Assembly: GCA_963663805.2 (NCBI GenBank)
Contig: CAXXMR010000008.1
Location: forward strand, 64,001-128,000
Reading direction: 5' to 3'
Origin: Sedimentisphaerales bacterium
GTDB lineage: Bacteria; Planctomycetota; Phycisphaerae; Sedimentisphaerales; SM23-30
Length of the DNA stretch: 64,000 nucleotides
Within the stretch, counting starts at the first letter, position 1; every line of letters begins with the position of its first letter. A model generated the notes under the pieces. The model was given only the letters and a program-made list of their open reading frames with translations. It searched no databases and had not been told where the DNA came from. Below are positions 1-10,500 of this stretch, piece after piece. A program made the position numbers and the translations under genes.

Positions 1-75
1 GGGACGGGCAGTCAGCCGGCGTTTCGTAATATTGACGTTGATGTCGAAACGGGTAAGGTGACGGGGCTGTTTTAG
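1..75 (+). CDS. fhs: 3' end of formate--tetrahydrofolate ligase (partial)
   Basis: Frame 1 reads GTGSQPAFRNIDVDVETGKVTGLF*, matching the typical Fhs C-terminus (PA..IDvD..G.v.GLF). Confidence 0.65.
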   Translation, partial: GTGSQPAFRNIDVDVETGKVTGLF

Positions 76-84
76 TGTTGGTGG

Positions 85-254
85 GGCATAAGGCAAGAGT
101 AACGGCAAGGTTTCGGCCTTTGGCAGGTGCGTATCGCACTGATTGATCGCCGTGGGCGTTTGACATATTGGACGCTCCCGCTGGTCGCTTGCGTGGTTGG
201 CAAGTAACTTAACGGCGTGGTGCCTGCCTTTGGCAGGGGTTGTTTTATTTTTTG
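85..254 (+). repeat. Composite intergenic repeat, copy 1 (heptamers + AACGGC unit + GTGCGTATCGCAC core + AACGGC unit)
   Basis: Aligns by eye along its length with ~60205-60382; the core also occurs inverted at 54208-54284. Confidence 0.9.
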
Positions 255-259
255 CTTCA

Positions 260-311
260 AACCGGGGGGTTACGCACCCCGGCTATGCGCTCTGGCGACC
301 CCTTCGGGATC
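260..311. repeat. REP-like palindromic unit
   Basis: CCGGGGGGTTACGCACCCCGG hairpin followed by GACCCCTTCGGGATC hairpin. Confidence 0.5.
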
Positions 312-430
312 TTTCACGGCAAAGGCAAATAATGGTTTTTTTGTTTGGGAGATTTGGGGCTGGATATAGGTGGGCGAAATTGTATAATTATCGGTTGGAT
401 ATTCCTGCGTATTTCGCATAACGGCTTAGA

Positions 431-1876
431 GTGATACAAGCCAAGGATGATTTTGATATGGACCCAAAGATTATTCATGCCGAAAAAAACGACAATCCCT
501 GTCCTCGCTGGGCGTGGTATACACATAAAGTAGGGGCGATACTGTGGATTTTGGCAGTAATTATTAACTTTGTTTGGTTGTTGTGGTATATCGAGGGTGA
601 AGCACGTTTAGATTTTTTGTTTGAGAAGCTAATCAAAGAAAATGTGGTTACATTAATATCTGTCGTTGGCCTGGTTGCGACAGTGGGTATTTTGCTGGCT
701 AAAAAATGGGCAGCGCATTTGTTTCGGGTCGTTATTGTCTGGGAGACAAGTTTAATTCTGGGCGGCCTCTTACCGTTTTTTTATAATGAGATTTTGGGCG
801 GTAATGTTATATTTCCAGAACCAAACGGAGTGATTGGTACAATTAAGGCGTCTCCTCGGCCATGGTTTGCGGTTGTTCTTTTTGGGATGGCAGCGATTTA
901 TGTTTTGGTATTGACCGCGATAAATATAGTGTGTCGAGCCCAGGAGCAGAAAAGGGACAAGAGCAGTGGGTTAGGCCGGGCGGAGAAAAAATATCTGTGG
1001 AGTTTTTCGGCTATTCTGGGTTTGTTGGTATTGCGTATATTGCTAACTGGCCCTGTGGAAAGATATCCTGAATGGGTGTCAATAATTACTACCTGTGCCT
1101 TAGCTATAGCGACGGCGGTATTGATGGTATGCCAGATTTATATGTGGCGTAATTTTTTGGCAGTGAGTGTAGCTAGTCTTTGCTGGCTGGGTATTTTTCT
1201 ACCCGAATTTGGTAATAGTATTAACAACGCCTGGTTTGAGTCCTTTAGCCATTATTATTGGTCTTTGGGAGAGATTTTTGTATTGAGTCAGGCTTTCGCA
1301 TGGCTGCCGATTCTACTGGCAATAATTTTCCTGCTGAGTCGAAAGAATGTCAGGCCCAGAGTTAAGATTGGGGTGGTGGGGATATTCCTGCTATTGGCAG
1401 CGATGATGAGTTTTTCGCCGGGGATATTCCAGATGGATCTGGTTTTAACTTCTGTCGTAAGCAGTGAACGTCCGGCGGATTTTCCGGAATGGATGGTAGT
1501 GCCGGATGGGGCAGAGAATGTTGAGTATGTGACTTGGCTGAAGACTGAGGGATTTAATTTGGTTTATGAGGTTGAGGATGAATTTCCGTGCAGTGTGACA
1601 ACAGATAGGTTGGCAGAGATTTTATCAGAAGCTGGTTTTGAGCCGGACTCTGTTACCATTGGAGAACAAGAAATTGATGATATTGTTGAGAGGAGGGATA
1701 AGATTATTTTTCGTTGGCATGATGAGTATCGCTCAGGCAAGTTCAGTAAAACTTCCGTTGTGTTGTGGAAGCGTGGCTCTTGTGATAAAGTCTGGGTTAT
1801 ACTTCTTTACAGCGATGGGAATTCTGGTGAAGTAAATAAAAATATACTTCAAGTTTCACTAATGTATCTTTGGTAA
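431..1876 (+). CDS. Polytopic membrane protein with soluble C-terminal domain, function unknown
   Basis: 481-aa ORF with about 9 hydrophobic segments; AT-rich. Confidence 0.75.
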   Translation: MIQAKDDFDMDPKIIHAEKNDNPCPRWAWYTHKVGAILWILAVIINFVWLLWYIEGEARLDFLFEKLIKENVVTLISVVGLVATVGILLAKKWAAHLFRVVIVWETSLILGGLLPFFYNEILGGNVIFPEPNGVIGTIKASPRPWFAVVLFGMAAIYVLVLTAINIVCRAQEQKRDKSSGLGRAEKKYLWSFSAILGLLVLRILLTGPVERYPEWVSIITTCALAIATAVLMVCQIYMWRNFLAVSVASLCWLGIFLPEFGNSINNAWFESFSHYYWSLGEIFVLSQAFAWLPILLAIIFLLSRKNVRPRVKIGVVGIFLLLAAMMSFSPGIFQMDLVLTSVVSSERPADFPEWMVVPDGAENVEYVTWLKTEGFNLVYEVEDEFPCSVTTDRLAEILSEAGFEPDSVTIGEQEIDDIVERRDKIIFRWHDEYRSGKFSKTSVVLWKRGSCDKVWVILLYSDGNSGEVNKNILQVSLMYLW

Positions 1877-1890
1877 TTACTTCCCGGATT

Positions 1891-2331
1891 TTATTTCCGG
1901 CTGAGCAGTTGGGCGATGGCGTTTATTTTGGGGTAGATTAGTTCCGCGGTCATGCCGAGGCAATACCATACTGGTGCGTAGGCCAGGGCGATTTGGCCGT
2001 GGAGCTGGTATTTCATGTGGGAATAGTCCCAGATTTTCAGGCCGCAGGCGGTGAAGATTCTGCCGGAGACGTATTCGACCAGATATATCGCCAGCATATA
2101 AATGATGGCGCGGGCGAGCAGGGGGAATTTGATACGCAGCAGAATTGACCTGATAGGCATGAGGACTATGCCTAGCAGGCCGTAGTCGAGAATCATCCAG
2201 ATAGAGGTGCAACCTCGCAGGTTTGGGTTGCCATGATAGAAGTTTACGACTGCCCCCATAGTCACTTCCAGCAGTAATCCCAGCAGGGCATAAATCATAA
2301 AACGCCAGAAAATCACCCGGAAGCTTCGCAT
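1891..2331 (-). CDS. Putative ABC-transporter type IV-like small membrane protein
   Basis: GLLLEV, IYLVEYVSG, WDYS...L.GQI.L motifs. Confidence 0.7.
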   Translation of the reverse strand: MRSFRVIFWRFMIYALLGLLLEVTMGAVVNFYHGNPNLRGCTSIWMILDYGLLGIVLMPIRSILLRIKFPLLARAIIYMLAIYLVEYVSGRIFTACGLKIWDYSHMKYQLHGQIALAYAPVWYCLGMTAELIYPKINAIAQLLSRK

Positions 2332-2522
2332 AATTCACCTCTTTTACCTTTTTAATAAGTCCTGTTCCGGCAAAGTATAATGCCAAATGCTAACACGGGC
2401 AAAATATTTCGGATTTTGCTTTTGCGGGGATTTAACTTGCCCAGTCGAGTTTTTGGCTTTAATCTGATAAGGCGTGGAAGGGGGTAATGATGAAAAACAG
2501 GGGGCAGGCTCAAGGGCTGGTT

Positions 2523-3233
2523 ATGAACGATATTAAAGCGGTTTTGTTTGATTTCGGCGGTACTCTCGACCATGACGGTACGGACTGGTTCACTCGTTTT
2601 TATGAGCTGGTTTCTGGTAAGATCAATGGTCTTGACAGGGCTGTTTTTGATAAATGTGCCGAGTCGGCGGCGGCGGCGATAACCGCTTTGCCGGACACCG
2701 GTACTCTGTTGATGGACCAGACTGCCCATCGGTTGAGCGAGCATCTTCATCGCGAAATGCAAAAGGTCGGGTTGGGCAACTGGCAGGCTGATGAGGTTGG
2801 TGCGGCTTTTGTCGCTGACGCCCGCAGTTATCTCGAACGCAATCTGAATATGCTTGAGGAGCTGGGCGGCATTTACCGGCTGGGTTGCATCAGTAATAAT
2901 TGGGGCAATACCGCAGGGTGGTGTCGGCAGTTTGGATTTGACAGTCTGTTCGAGACGATGGTTGATTCAGCGGTGGTTAATTCCATTAAGCCGGACGCGA
3001 AGATTTTTAAGGTTGCTCTTGGGGAACTCAATCTGCCCGCGGAGCAGTGTGTCTACGTGGGCGACCGGTTCGATTACGATATGGAAGGGGCCTCGGTGTT
3101 GGGTATGAAGACTGCCTGGGTCGTGGGCCAGGGCAAGGAATGGCCAGCCGGCGGTCAGCCGTCGGCGGTGACCTGGCAGGTTCCTGCTTTGAATATGCTG
3201 CCGGAAATTCTGGGTCAATCATCTGGCAACTAA
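2523..3233 (+). CDS. HAD-superfamily hydrolase
   Basis: FDFGGTL, ISN, KPD, VGDRFDYD motifs. Confidence 0.9.
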   Translation: MNDIKAVLFDFGGTLDHDGTDWFTRFYELVSGKINGLDRAVFDKCAESAAAAITALPDTGTLLMDQTAHRLSEHLHREMQKVGLGNWQADEVGAAFVADARSYLERNLNMLEELGGIYRLGCISNNWGNTAGWCRQFGFDSLFETMVDSAVVNSIKPDAKIFKVALGELNLPAEQCVYVGDRFDYDMEGASVLGMKTAWVVGQGKEWPAGGQPSAVTWQVPALNMLPEILGQSSGN

Positions 3234-3306
3234 GCAATTTACGGTTGTCAATTTTAGCCGATTGAGATTAAAATGCCTGCGTTGGTTTTATCATAGGAGA
3301 ATCGAA

Positions 3307-3570
3307 ATGGCAGATGAAGTTGATCGTGGTTCATTGGATGCGGAAAATCTCAAGCGAGCTATGAAGGCCTTCAAAAAACGTCTGAAACTTACCCGGCTTG
3401 ACGATGAATCCACGCTGGGCCGCAGCTCCAAGGAAAAGGGCTATGGGACCGGTATTGTCGCTGTTCGTCCGCCGAACCAGTATCCTCAGCAAATTTGGGA
3501 CAAATTAGAGGAAATGGGCAAGCTCCAGCGTGCCGGCCAGGGACTATACCAGTTGCCGCCGCAACATTGA
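3307..3570 (+). CDS. Small basic hypothetical protein
   Basis: AGGAG RBS before ATG at 3307; sits in a co-directional gene run. Confidence 0.75.
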   Translation: MADEVDRGSLDAENLKRAMKAFKKRLKLTRLDDESTLGRSSKEKGYGTGIVAVRPPNQYPQQIWDKLEEMGKLQRAGQGLYQLPPQH

Positions 3571-3582
3571 TAAGGTTTTGTT

Positions 3583-4245
3583 ATGATAATTCAGTCTGGT
3601 AGTAAACTGCTTTTTATTGGCGATTCAATTACCGACTGTAATCGCGCTTTGCCGGTTGGCGAAGGTATCTCGCCCGGTGCGATGTATAATTCCTGGGGTA
3701 GCGGTTACGTAAATCTTGCCGGCGGTCTTATCTCCGCGGCGTATCCCGAACATAAAATCCGAATTGTCAATATGGGTATCAGCGGCAATACTGTCCGCGA
3801 TCTGCGCGGCCGCTGGCAAAGCGATGTGCTGGACCATAAACCTGACTGGCTTTCAATCAAGATTGGAATCAATGATGTCTGGCGGCAGTTCGATTCACCG
3901 CTCCAGCCGGAAATGCATGTCTCTTTAGAAGAATACGAAAAAACTCTCGAAGGTCTTGTCGCTAAGACCACCCCGCATCTGAAGGGCCTGATTCTTATGA
4001 CTCCATATTTCATCGAGCCTAACCCCAAAGATGCCATGCGAGCTATGATGGATAAGTATGGAGCTGTTGTCAAAAAAATCGCAGCCCAATATAATGCCAT
4101 TCTGGTCGATACCCAGGCAGCCTTTGATTTGTCGCTGGAGAACCATCATCCGACAGATTTAGCCTGGGACCGTGTCCATCCGAACACCACGGGGCACATG
4201 ATTATTGCCCGGACCTTGCTTAAAGCTCTTGATTTTCAATGGTGA
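3583..4245 (+). CDS. SGNH/GDSL hydrolase
   Basis: GDSIT, GISGN, GIND, DRVHP blocks. Confidence 0.92.
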   Translation: MIIQSGSKLLFIGDSITDCNRALPVGEGISPGAMYNSWGSGYVNLAGGLISAAYPEHKIRIVNMGISGNTVRDLRGRWQSDVLDHKPDWLSIKIGINDVWRQFDSPLQPEMHVSLEEYEKTLEGLVAKTTPHLKGLILMTPYFIEPNPKDAMRAMMDKYGAVVKKIAAQYNAILVDTQAAFDLSLENHHPTDLAWDRVHPNTTGHMIIARTLLKALDFQW

Positions 4246-4285
4246 ATGCCCCCTCAGGCAGAGGAATTTCACTCCGGTCCATTTT

Positions 4286-4711
4286 TTATTCGACTATTCC
4301 GCCCAGGCTTTTGATGACCTTTTCGACCTGGCCGATTTCTATGATTCTCAGGCCGAAATGTTCACCGATTTTAACTGGTTGGCCCAGGCCGATGGTGTGA
4401 TTATTCACCATTAGGTCAACGTGCTGATATGCGTCTTTGTCAAACTGTACCACACTGCCGACTTTGAGCTGAAGCACCCGCGAAAGGGTCATTTTTTTCT
4501 GGGCCAGCTTGACAATCACCGGGACCGGCATCGAGAGCAACTGTTCCAGAACCTTCTGGCGATCGACTGGTTGGGCCGCAGTTGCTTCGGGGGCCTCGGC
4601 TGGACTGAAATCCTCCGAGATGGTGTCTTCGGCCTTATCGGACTCGGCAGAAGCTGTTTCCGGCTCTGGCTCGGTCAGATTTTCAACTTTTTCCTCTGTT
4701 TCGGTCGTCAT
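4286..4711 (-). CDS. FliN/FliM C-terminal (SpoA) domain protein
   Basis: L.VGSVVQFD, VDLMVN..IG.G..V..GEHFGLRI; no other flagellar genes nearby. Confidence 0.8.
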   Translation of the reverse strand: MTTETEEKVENLTEPEPETASAESDKAEDTISEDFSPAEAPEATAAQPVDRQKVLEQLLSMPVPVIVKLAQKKMTLSRVLQLKVGSVVQFDKDAYQHVDLMVNNHTIGLGQPVKIGEHFGLRIIEIGQVEKVIKSLGGIVE

Positions 4712-4966
4712 ATCTCGAAAAAACCTAACTATGTTCTAATAAACACCTTAGAGGCCCATAAATCCTCGCAGGCGCAGGGACACTATGGCCCTTTCCTATA
4801 ATATCGACTATAATAGATTTATACTACAAGGAAATACCTTTCAGGCTATTGACAGGCAATGGGCGTTGTTCTATCATCTGTTGGGCAGGCAGATAAGAAG
4901 AAGTTGTTAAAGTGGCTCTCTCCGCCGCGAAAGAGCTGAAGATGCCTCAAATTGAAGGATGAACAA

Positions 4967-5350
4967 ATGGCAAACCTCCAAGACAAAGTTATCCTGATTG
5001 TCGATGATGACCAGGATTTTCTCATGGCGATGCGGACGGCCCTGGAAGAGCTGGGCGTCAAGATTCAGACTGCCGTAAATGGCAATACCGCCGTTGAGAT
5101 GATTCTCTCCGACCCGCCGGACCTGGTGGTACTTGACCAGATGCTGCCCGGTCGCAGCGGATTTCTAGTACTCGAAAAAATCAGGCCGCTACGCAAAGAA
5201 ACCGGCAAGCCCCCGGTTATTATGGTTACAGCTAACCCCGGACAGAGGCATAAAGTCTACGCTGAAACGCTGGGCGTTGATGTCTATCTCAATAAACCCT
5301 TCCGGATGGAAAAGCTTACCAAAGCGGCAGAAGAACTTATCAGCAAGTAA
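4967..5350 (+). CDS. Single-domain response regulator
   Basis: ILIVDDD, VLDQMLP, VTA, YLNKPF. Confidence 0.92.
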   Translation: MANLQDKVILIVDDDQDFLMAMRTALEELGVKIQTAVNGNTAVEMILSDPPDLVVLDQMLPGRSGFLVLEKIRPLRKETGKPPVIMVTANPGQRHKVYAETLGVDVYLNKPFRMEKLTKAAEELISK

Positions 5351-5376
5351 TTTACCATGAAGCTGATTAGCGTATG

Positions 5377-5407
5377 AAGAGCGGCTGAAAAGGTCGCTCT
5401 TTATTTT
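5377..5407 (+). terminator. Intrinsic terminator
   Basis: AAGAGCGGC/GTCGCTCTT stem followed by a T-rich tract, between convergent genes. Confidence 0.65.
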
Positions 5408-5418
5408 GCGCCCAACCC

Positions 5419-5910
5419 TTAGCTTAATTTTTCCAGTAATTGGTCAAAAAGAAGTTGCAGCTGATTGAGTTTTTGGTTTTTAGGACTAAAAAGCGGAAAA
5501 TCAAAATCAACCGGGGCTGTAATATCACCGTTATTATCCTTCCACGGATATTCTGGGTTCGGTCTTTCCTGGCCCGCCAGAGCCGGGGCGAGTTTTTCGA
5601 CCATATCAGCCATCGGCAGAAGACTGTCTATCATATTTCGAAAGGCTGTTTTGTTACTACCATACCCCAACATGTTACAAATTTCCGGCCTGCCCTTTAT
5701 GACTCTCAGGCATGAAACAAAAGCTGTATGAGTCATTTTGGGTGCATTTGAGGAATCTGCTTCACTGCAAAGAAAACCCTTTGAGAACTTCTCGGTGGCC
5801 ATTTGCAAATAATGGAGCTGGTGAGAACATCCTGCCCCCTGTCGATTCAATAATTTGCGTATTTCATTGTCATCTCGGGCCTGCCTCAAAAAAGCTTCAC
5901 GCCACTTCAT
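5419..5910 (-). CDS. HEPN-like domain protein
   Basis: FLRQARDD..., HYLQMATEKFSK, TH and EYP resemble the HEPN pattern; ATG at 5910 overlaps the upstream stop. Confidence 0.55.
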   Translation of the reverse strand: MKWREAFLRQARDDNEIRKLLNRQGAGCSHQLHYLQMATEKFSKGFLCSEADSSNAPKMTHTAFVSCLRVIKGRPEICNMLGYGSNKTAFRNMIDSLLPMADMVEKLAPALAGQERPNPEYPWKDNNGDITAPVDFDFPLFSPKNQKLNQLQLLFDQLLEKLS

Positions 5911-6214
5911 TGCTCTTCTCCCACAATACCACCGCAGCGTCCCAGCTGCCCCAACTGTCCGGTAAATCAGCCTTTTTGTCATCAACGGGACTTAGCAGAG
6001 CTATCGCCGAAGGGAAAAAGATGTCTTCATTGGGAGCCTCGCGGAAATACATGGGATAGGCTTTTCCATCGGAACTGACCGGCATTTCCTCCAGCAGTTC
6101 TACCAGCCGAACCTCGTTATTGTCCCTAAACCAATATATTTTGCAAATACTTGGTTCTGCCTTGCGATTTTCACGGGCAAGATATTTAGCTTGTTCTTCG
6201 ATTTTTGTGGACAT
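5897..6214 (-). CDS. Small hypothetical protein, possible degenerate nucleotidyltransferase-fold partner
   Basis: 105 aa, overlaps the HEPN-like gene by 14 nt. Confidence 0.6.
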   Translation of the reverse strand: MSTKIEEQAKYLARENRKAEPSICKIYWFRDNNEVRLVELLEEMPVSSDGKAYPMYFREAPNEDIFFPSAIALLSPVDDKKADLPDSWGSWDAAVVLWEKSNEVA

Positions 6215-6477
6215 TCTGGTAAACCTCGGCTAAAGACCATTTATTCAGCCATTTCTGCTATAAATTTACGAGATATTTGGAATTTTTGCAAATAAATAAT
6301 CATACTTCACTGCCAGCCTCTTTGCTCAAAAGAATTATTGCCGTAACCCCATACTCCGGTTACAATAACCCGACTTGAGACAGCGTCCCTGAAGTTGCCT
6401 TAGCCCCGGTGGGGCAGTAGGCGGTTGGTGATGGCATAACTACCCTATAATAAAAGATTTACAGGACATCAAAACCG

Positions 6478-9060
6478 GTGACCGAAGAACCACAAAAAAT
6501 TGCTGAACGGATAGAAGATCTTTCGATTCTGGACGAGCTAAAGGATTCATACTTAAATTACGCCATGAGCGTTATTATCAGCCGGGCTCTGCCCGATGTG
6601 CGGGACGGGCTCAAGCCCTCTCAGCGGCGCATTCTGGTGGCTATGAACGACCTCAACCTCGGTCCCCGCAGTAAACATCGTAAATGTGCCAAGATCGCCG
6701 GTGATACTTCTGGTAACTACCATCCTCACGGCGAAGCGGTTGTATACCCAACTCTGGTTCGCATGGGGCAGAGCTGGAATATGTCGGTGCCGCTGATAAA
6801 TCCGCAGGGTAATTTCGGTTCGATTGACGGAGATCCTCCGGCTGCTATGCGTTATACCGAAGCACGCATGACAGAAGCCGCGGCGGATTTGCTCACCGAT
6901 TTGAACCGCGAGACGGTTGACTTGGCACCCAACTACGACGAAACCATGACCGAGCCGGTCGTGCTGCCCTCGAAATTTCCTAATCTGCTGGTCAACGGCA
7001 GTGTCGGTATCGCTGTAGGTATGGCCACCAGCATACCGCCTCACAATCCCGGTGAAGTATGTGAAGCTTTGTTGAAAGTTATCGACAATCCCAAGTGTAC
7101 ATTAGCTGAGATTATGGAAGTCATGCCCGGACCGGATTTCCCCACCGGAGGCATCATTTGCGGGCGTAAGGGGATTTATGACGGATACACCACCGGCAGA
7201 GGCAATTTAACTCTTCGGGCCAAGATTCATCAGGAGACCACCTCAAAAGGCCGCGAGCTGATTATTGTGGACGAAATTCCCTATCAAACTGTCAAGGCCC
7301 ATATCGTTACCAAGATTGCCGATTGTGTGACCAACGGTAATATCCCCGAAATATCCGATGTTCGTGACGAATCAGACCGCAACGGTATGCGTGTCGTTGT
7401 CGAGCTCAAAAAAGATGCTGACCCGGATATCATTATCAACCAGCTTTACAAATATACACCTCTGCAAAACACTTTCAGCATAATCAATATTGCCCTGGTC
7501 AAAAATCGGCCTCTGACACTCGACATTATCCAGATGCTCCGGCTTTTCATTGAGCACCGTAAAGATGTTATTCGCCGCCGTACGCGTTTTCTGCTTCGCA
7601 AAGCTCGTGCCCGTGCCCATATTGTCGAGGGTCTGCTCCTGGCCCAGAGTGATATTGACGAAATCATTCGTATTATTCGCCAGAGTCCCGATGTGCCCGC
7701 CGCCAGGGCTGCCTTGATGGCCAAGCCCCTGCGACTTATCGAGCAGGAAACGCTCAGGCACATTCTGCCCGAAGCATTTGTCACCGAAAAAACCCGGAAC
7801 GACCAGTTCCTCTCTGGTCCCCAGGCCGACGCTATTCTCGCCATGCAGCTGCAGCGGCTTACCGGGCTGGAAATCGAAAAACTTGCCAGAGAATATGCTG
7901 CCCTGGTTGAAGAAATTGGGGGTTATGAAGCCATTCTTCACCAGGAAGAGCTGCTGCTGGACATCATTCGTGAAGACATTTACGAAATCAAAGAAAAATA
8001 CAAAGTCAAACGCCGCACAGAAATTTCCGCTGACGTTATGGAATTTGATATGGACGACCTTATCGCAGAAGAAGAAGTCGTCGTTACCATCAGTCACGAT
8101 GGCTATATCAAGCGTATGCCTATCGACACCTATCGTTGTCAGGGTCGCGGCGGTCGCGGCATCATTGGTTCGGATACCAAGGACAACGATTTTATCGAAC
8201 ATCTTTTCATTGCCGGCACCCATGATTATCTTTGCTGCTTTACAAACCAGGGACGCTGCTACTGGCAGAGAGTTTACGGGATTCCGTCGCTTACCCGCCA
8301 AAGCAGAGGTCGCAACATAGCCAATCTGCTCAACTTTGAGAAAGACGAAAAAATCGCCGAAATCCAGCCGGTCAGAGATTTCGACGACCGTATGCTGGTA
8401 CTCGCCACCCGCGACGGTTACATCAAAAAAACGCCGCTGTCAGCCTTCGGTAATATTCGCAAGGCCGGTATTATAGCCATCACTATTGAGGACGGAGACG
8501 TCGTTATTGGTGCCCGTGTTACCGGCGGCGAAGACGAAATCGTACTTGGTACCGCCGACGGGCTGGCCATCAGATTTTCCGAAAAAGATGTCCGACCCAT
8601 GGGCAGAACCGCTCGCGGCGTAAGAGGTATCAGGCTCGGCAAGGATGATGAAGTCGTCGATATGGTTATCACTCAGTCCGGCTCAAGTCTGCTGACCGTT
8701 TGCGAAAAAGGCTTCGGCAAACGCACCGCCCTTGAGGACTATCGCGTTCAGCATCGCGGCGGTAAAGGCATCATCAATATCAAGACTACTGAGCGAAATG
8801 GTCGGGTCGTCGCTTTGAAATCCGTAAACCCCGAAGACGACCTGATGCTCATCACCGGCAACGGTATCATCATCCGTACCGGCCTGAGCGAACTGCGTGA
8901 CATTGGACGTAATACCCAGGGGGTAAAACTTATTCGTGTTGATGAAGGCGACAAACTTGTCGCCGTTGCCCGTGTGCCTCATGACGATGATGATGATGAA
9001 AATGGTGAGGAGCAAACCGAAAACACCACCCCGGAATCAACCGATAACCAGGAGTCGTAA
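6478..9060 (+). CDS. gyrA: DNA gyrase subunit A
   Basis: [24 protein letters not shown] catalytic Tyr, GyrA box QGRGGRG, acidic tail. Confidence 0.98.
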   Translation: MTEEPQKIAERIEDLSILDELKDSYLNYAMSVIISRALPDVRDGLKPSQRRILVAMNDLNLGPRSKHRKCAKIAGDTSGNYHPHGEAVVYPTLVRMGQSWNMSVPLINPQGNFGSIDGDPPAAMRYTEARMTEAAADLLTDLNRETVDLAPNYDETMTEPVVLPSKFPNLLVNGSVGIAVGMATSIPPHNPGEVCEALLKVIDNPKCTLAEIMEVMPGPDFPTGGIICGRKGIYDGYTTGRGNLTLRAKIHQETTSKGRELIIVDEIPYQTVKAHIVTKIADCVTNGNIPEISDVRDESDRNGMRVVVELKKDADPDIIINQLYKYTPLQNTFSIINIALVKNRPLTLDIIQMLRLFIEHRKDVIRRRTRFLLRKARARAHIVEGLLLAQSDIDEIIRIIRQSPDVPAARAALMAKPLRLIEQETLRHILPEAFVTEKTRNDQFLSGPQADAILAMQLQRLTGLEIEKLAREYAALVEEIGGYEAILHQEELLLDIIREDIYEIKEKYKVKRRTEISADVMEFDMDDLIAEEEVVVTISHDGYIKRMPIDTYRCQGRGGRGIIGSDTKDNDFIEHLFIAGTHDYLCCFTNQGRCYWQRVYGIPSLTRQSRGRNIANLLNFEKDEKIAEIQPVRDFDDRMLVLATRDGYIKKTPLSAFGNIRKAGIIAITIEDGDVVIGARVTGGEDEIVLGTADGLAIRFSEKDVRPMGRTARGVRGIRLGKDDEVVDMVITQSGSSLLTVCEKGFGKRTALEDYRVQHRGGKGIINIKTTERNGRVVALKSVNPEDDLMLITGNGIIIRTGLSELRDIGRNTQGVKLIRVDEGDKLVAVARVPHDDDDDENGEEQTENTTPESTDNQES

Positions 9061-9270
9061 ATGTCCTCCCGAAAAATTAATGCCCGGCAGATGGAAATTA
9101 ATGAAGAATTCTACGTCTGTCCCGAATGCGGCTACGACAAAGGTTTCCATAACGCTTTCCGCGTCGGTGCCAAACAGAACGGCCATCTGGAACTTTTCCT
9201 GATTTGCCCCAATTGTGCCCAGAAATTCGACCTGGGCCTGGCGGTGTTATTGAAATCTCAGGAACCCTGA
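9061..9270 (+). CDS. Small zinc-ribbon protein
   Basis: CPECG...CPNC; ATG immediately follows the gyrA TAA. Confidence 0.75.
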   Translation: MSSRKINARQMEINEEFYVCPECGYDKGFHNAFRVGAKQNGHLELFLICPNCAQKFDLGLAVLLKSQEP

Positions 9271-9331
9271 TGCTGTAGTTTTAGATTATTTCTTATTTAC
9301 CCCCATACCATAATTAGTAGGAGTATTTATT

Positions 9332-10432
9332 GTGGCGGTATTGTCGGTAAAACCCAAAAACCAATGTAAATATGATATTCTGTCATTGGGCGAAATTATG
9401 ATTCGCCTCGATCCGGGCCCTGGTCGTATCCACACCACCCGAACCTTTCAGGTCTGGGAAGGCGGCGGCGAATATAATGTCGCTCGCGGATTGCGGCGTT
9501 GTTTCGGAAAAGATGCCGCCGTGGTAACCGCCATCTGTGATAATCCCGTTGGCAGACTGCTGGAAGACCTCGTTCTCCAGGGCGGCGTAAATATGGAATA
9601 CGTCAACTGGATGCCCTATGACGGCATAGGCCGCGATGTTCGGGTCGGACTCAACTTTACCGAAAAAGGCTATGGCATTCGCGCCGCTGTGGGTTGCAGC
9701 GACCGGGCCAACTCCGCCGCGTCGCAATTAAAAAAAGGGGACATCGACTGGGACAAAATCTTTGGTCGGGACGGTATTCGCTGGTTCCATACCGGCGGAA
9801 TCTTCGCGGCACTTTCTGATACCACGCCCGATCTGGTTATCGAAGCGGTAACCGCTGCCAAAAAACACGGTACTATTGTTTCCTACGACCTCAACTATCG
9901 CAGCTCGCTGTGGAAATCCATCGGCGGACCCGAACGAGCCATGCAGGTTAATCGGGATATCGCTCCGCATGTGGATGTTATGATTGGCAACGAAGAAGAT
10001 TTTACCGCCGCCCTGGGCTTCCACGTTGAAGGGCTCGACGAGGGCTGCTCCAAACTCGACCCTGCCAATTTCCAGAAAATGATTAAGCAGGCAGTGGCGG
10101 CTTTCCCAAATTTCAAAGTCGTTGCCACCACGCTCAGAAACGCCCGCACCGCGACATTTAACGACTGGGGTGCTATAATTTACGCCGACGGTCACTTTCA
10201 CAACGCCACACTTCGTGAGAATCTCGAAATCTACGACCGGGTCGGCGGCGGCGACAGTTTTGCTTCGGGGCTGATTTATGCTCTAATGGAGGGCAAGTCC
10301 GCTCAGGAGGCCGTCAACTACGGTGCCGCTCATGGTGCCCTGGCCATGACCACGCCCGGCGATACCACCATGGCATCTCTCCAGGAAGTAGAAAAAGCAC
10401 TTGCCGGCGGAACCGCGCGAGTTGACCGTTAA
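9332..10432 (+). CDS. kdgK: PfkB-family sugar kinase (2-keto-3-deoxygluconate kinase-like)
   Basis: GGGEYNVA, YDLNYR, NEED, DRVGGGDSF. Confidence 0.85.
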   Translation: MAVLSVKPKNQCKYDILSLGEIMIRLDPGPGRIHTTRTFQVWEGGGEYNVARGLRRCFGKDAAVVTAICDNPVGRLLEDLVLQGGVNMEYVNWMPYDGIGRDVRVGLNFTEKGYGIRAAVGCSDRANSAASQLKKGDIDWDKIFGRDGIRWFHTGGIFAALSDTTPDLVIEAVTAAKKHGTIVSYDLNYRSSLWKSIGGPERAMQVNRDIAPHVDVMIGNEEDFTAALGFHVEGLDEGCSKLDPANFQKMIKQAVAAFPNFKVVATTLRNARTATFNDWGAIIYADGHFHNATLRENLEIYDRVGGGDSFASGLIYALMEGKSAQEAVNYGAAHGALAMTTPGDTTMASLQEVEKALAGGTARVDR

Positions 10433-10456
10433 GTTTACAGACGAAAACAAAAACAG

Positions 10457-10487
10457 AACCTGTCGTTTGACGCGGCAGGTTTTTTTA
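10457..10487 (+). terminator. Intrinsic terminator
   Basis: AACCTGTCG/CGGCAGGTT stem followed by a T run. Confidence 0.7.
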
Positions 10488-10500
10488 TATGCAAAATGTC

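Noticed and set aside
72..260. Similar short ORFs at 72-260, 60112-60405 and 54147-54449 as a small-protein family
   Set aside because: The similarity comes from the DNA repeat; lengths and frames are inconsistent between copies
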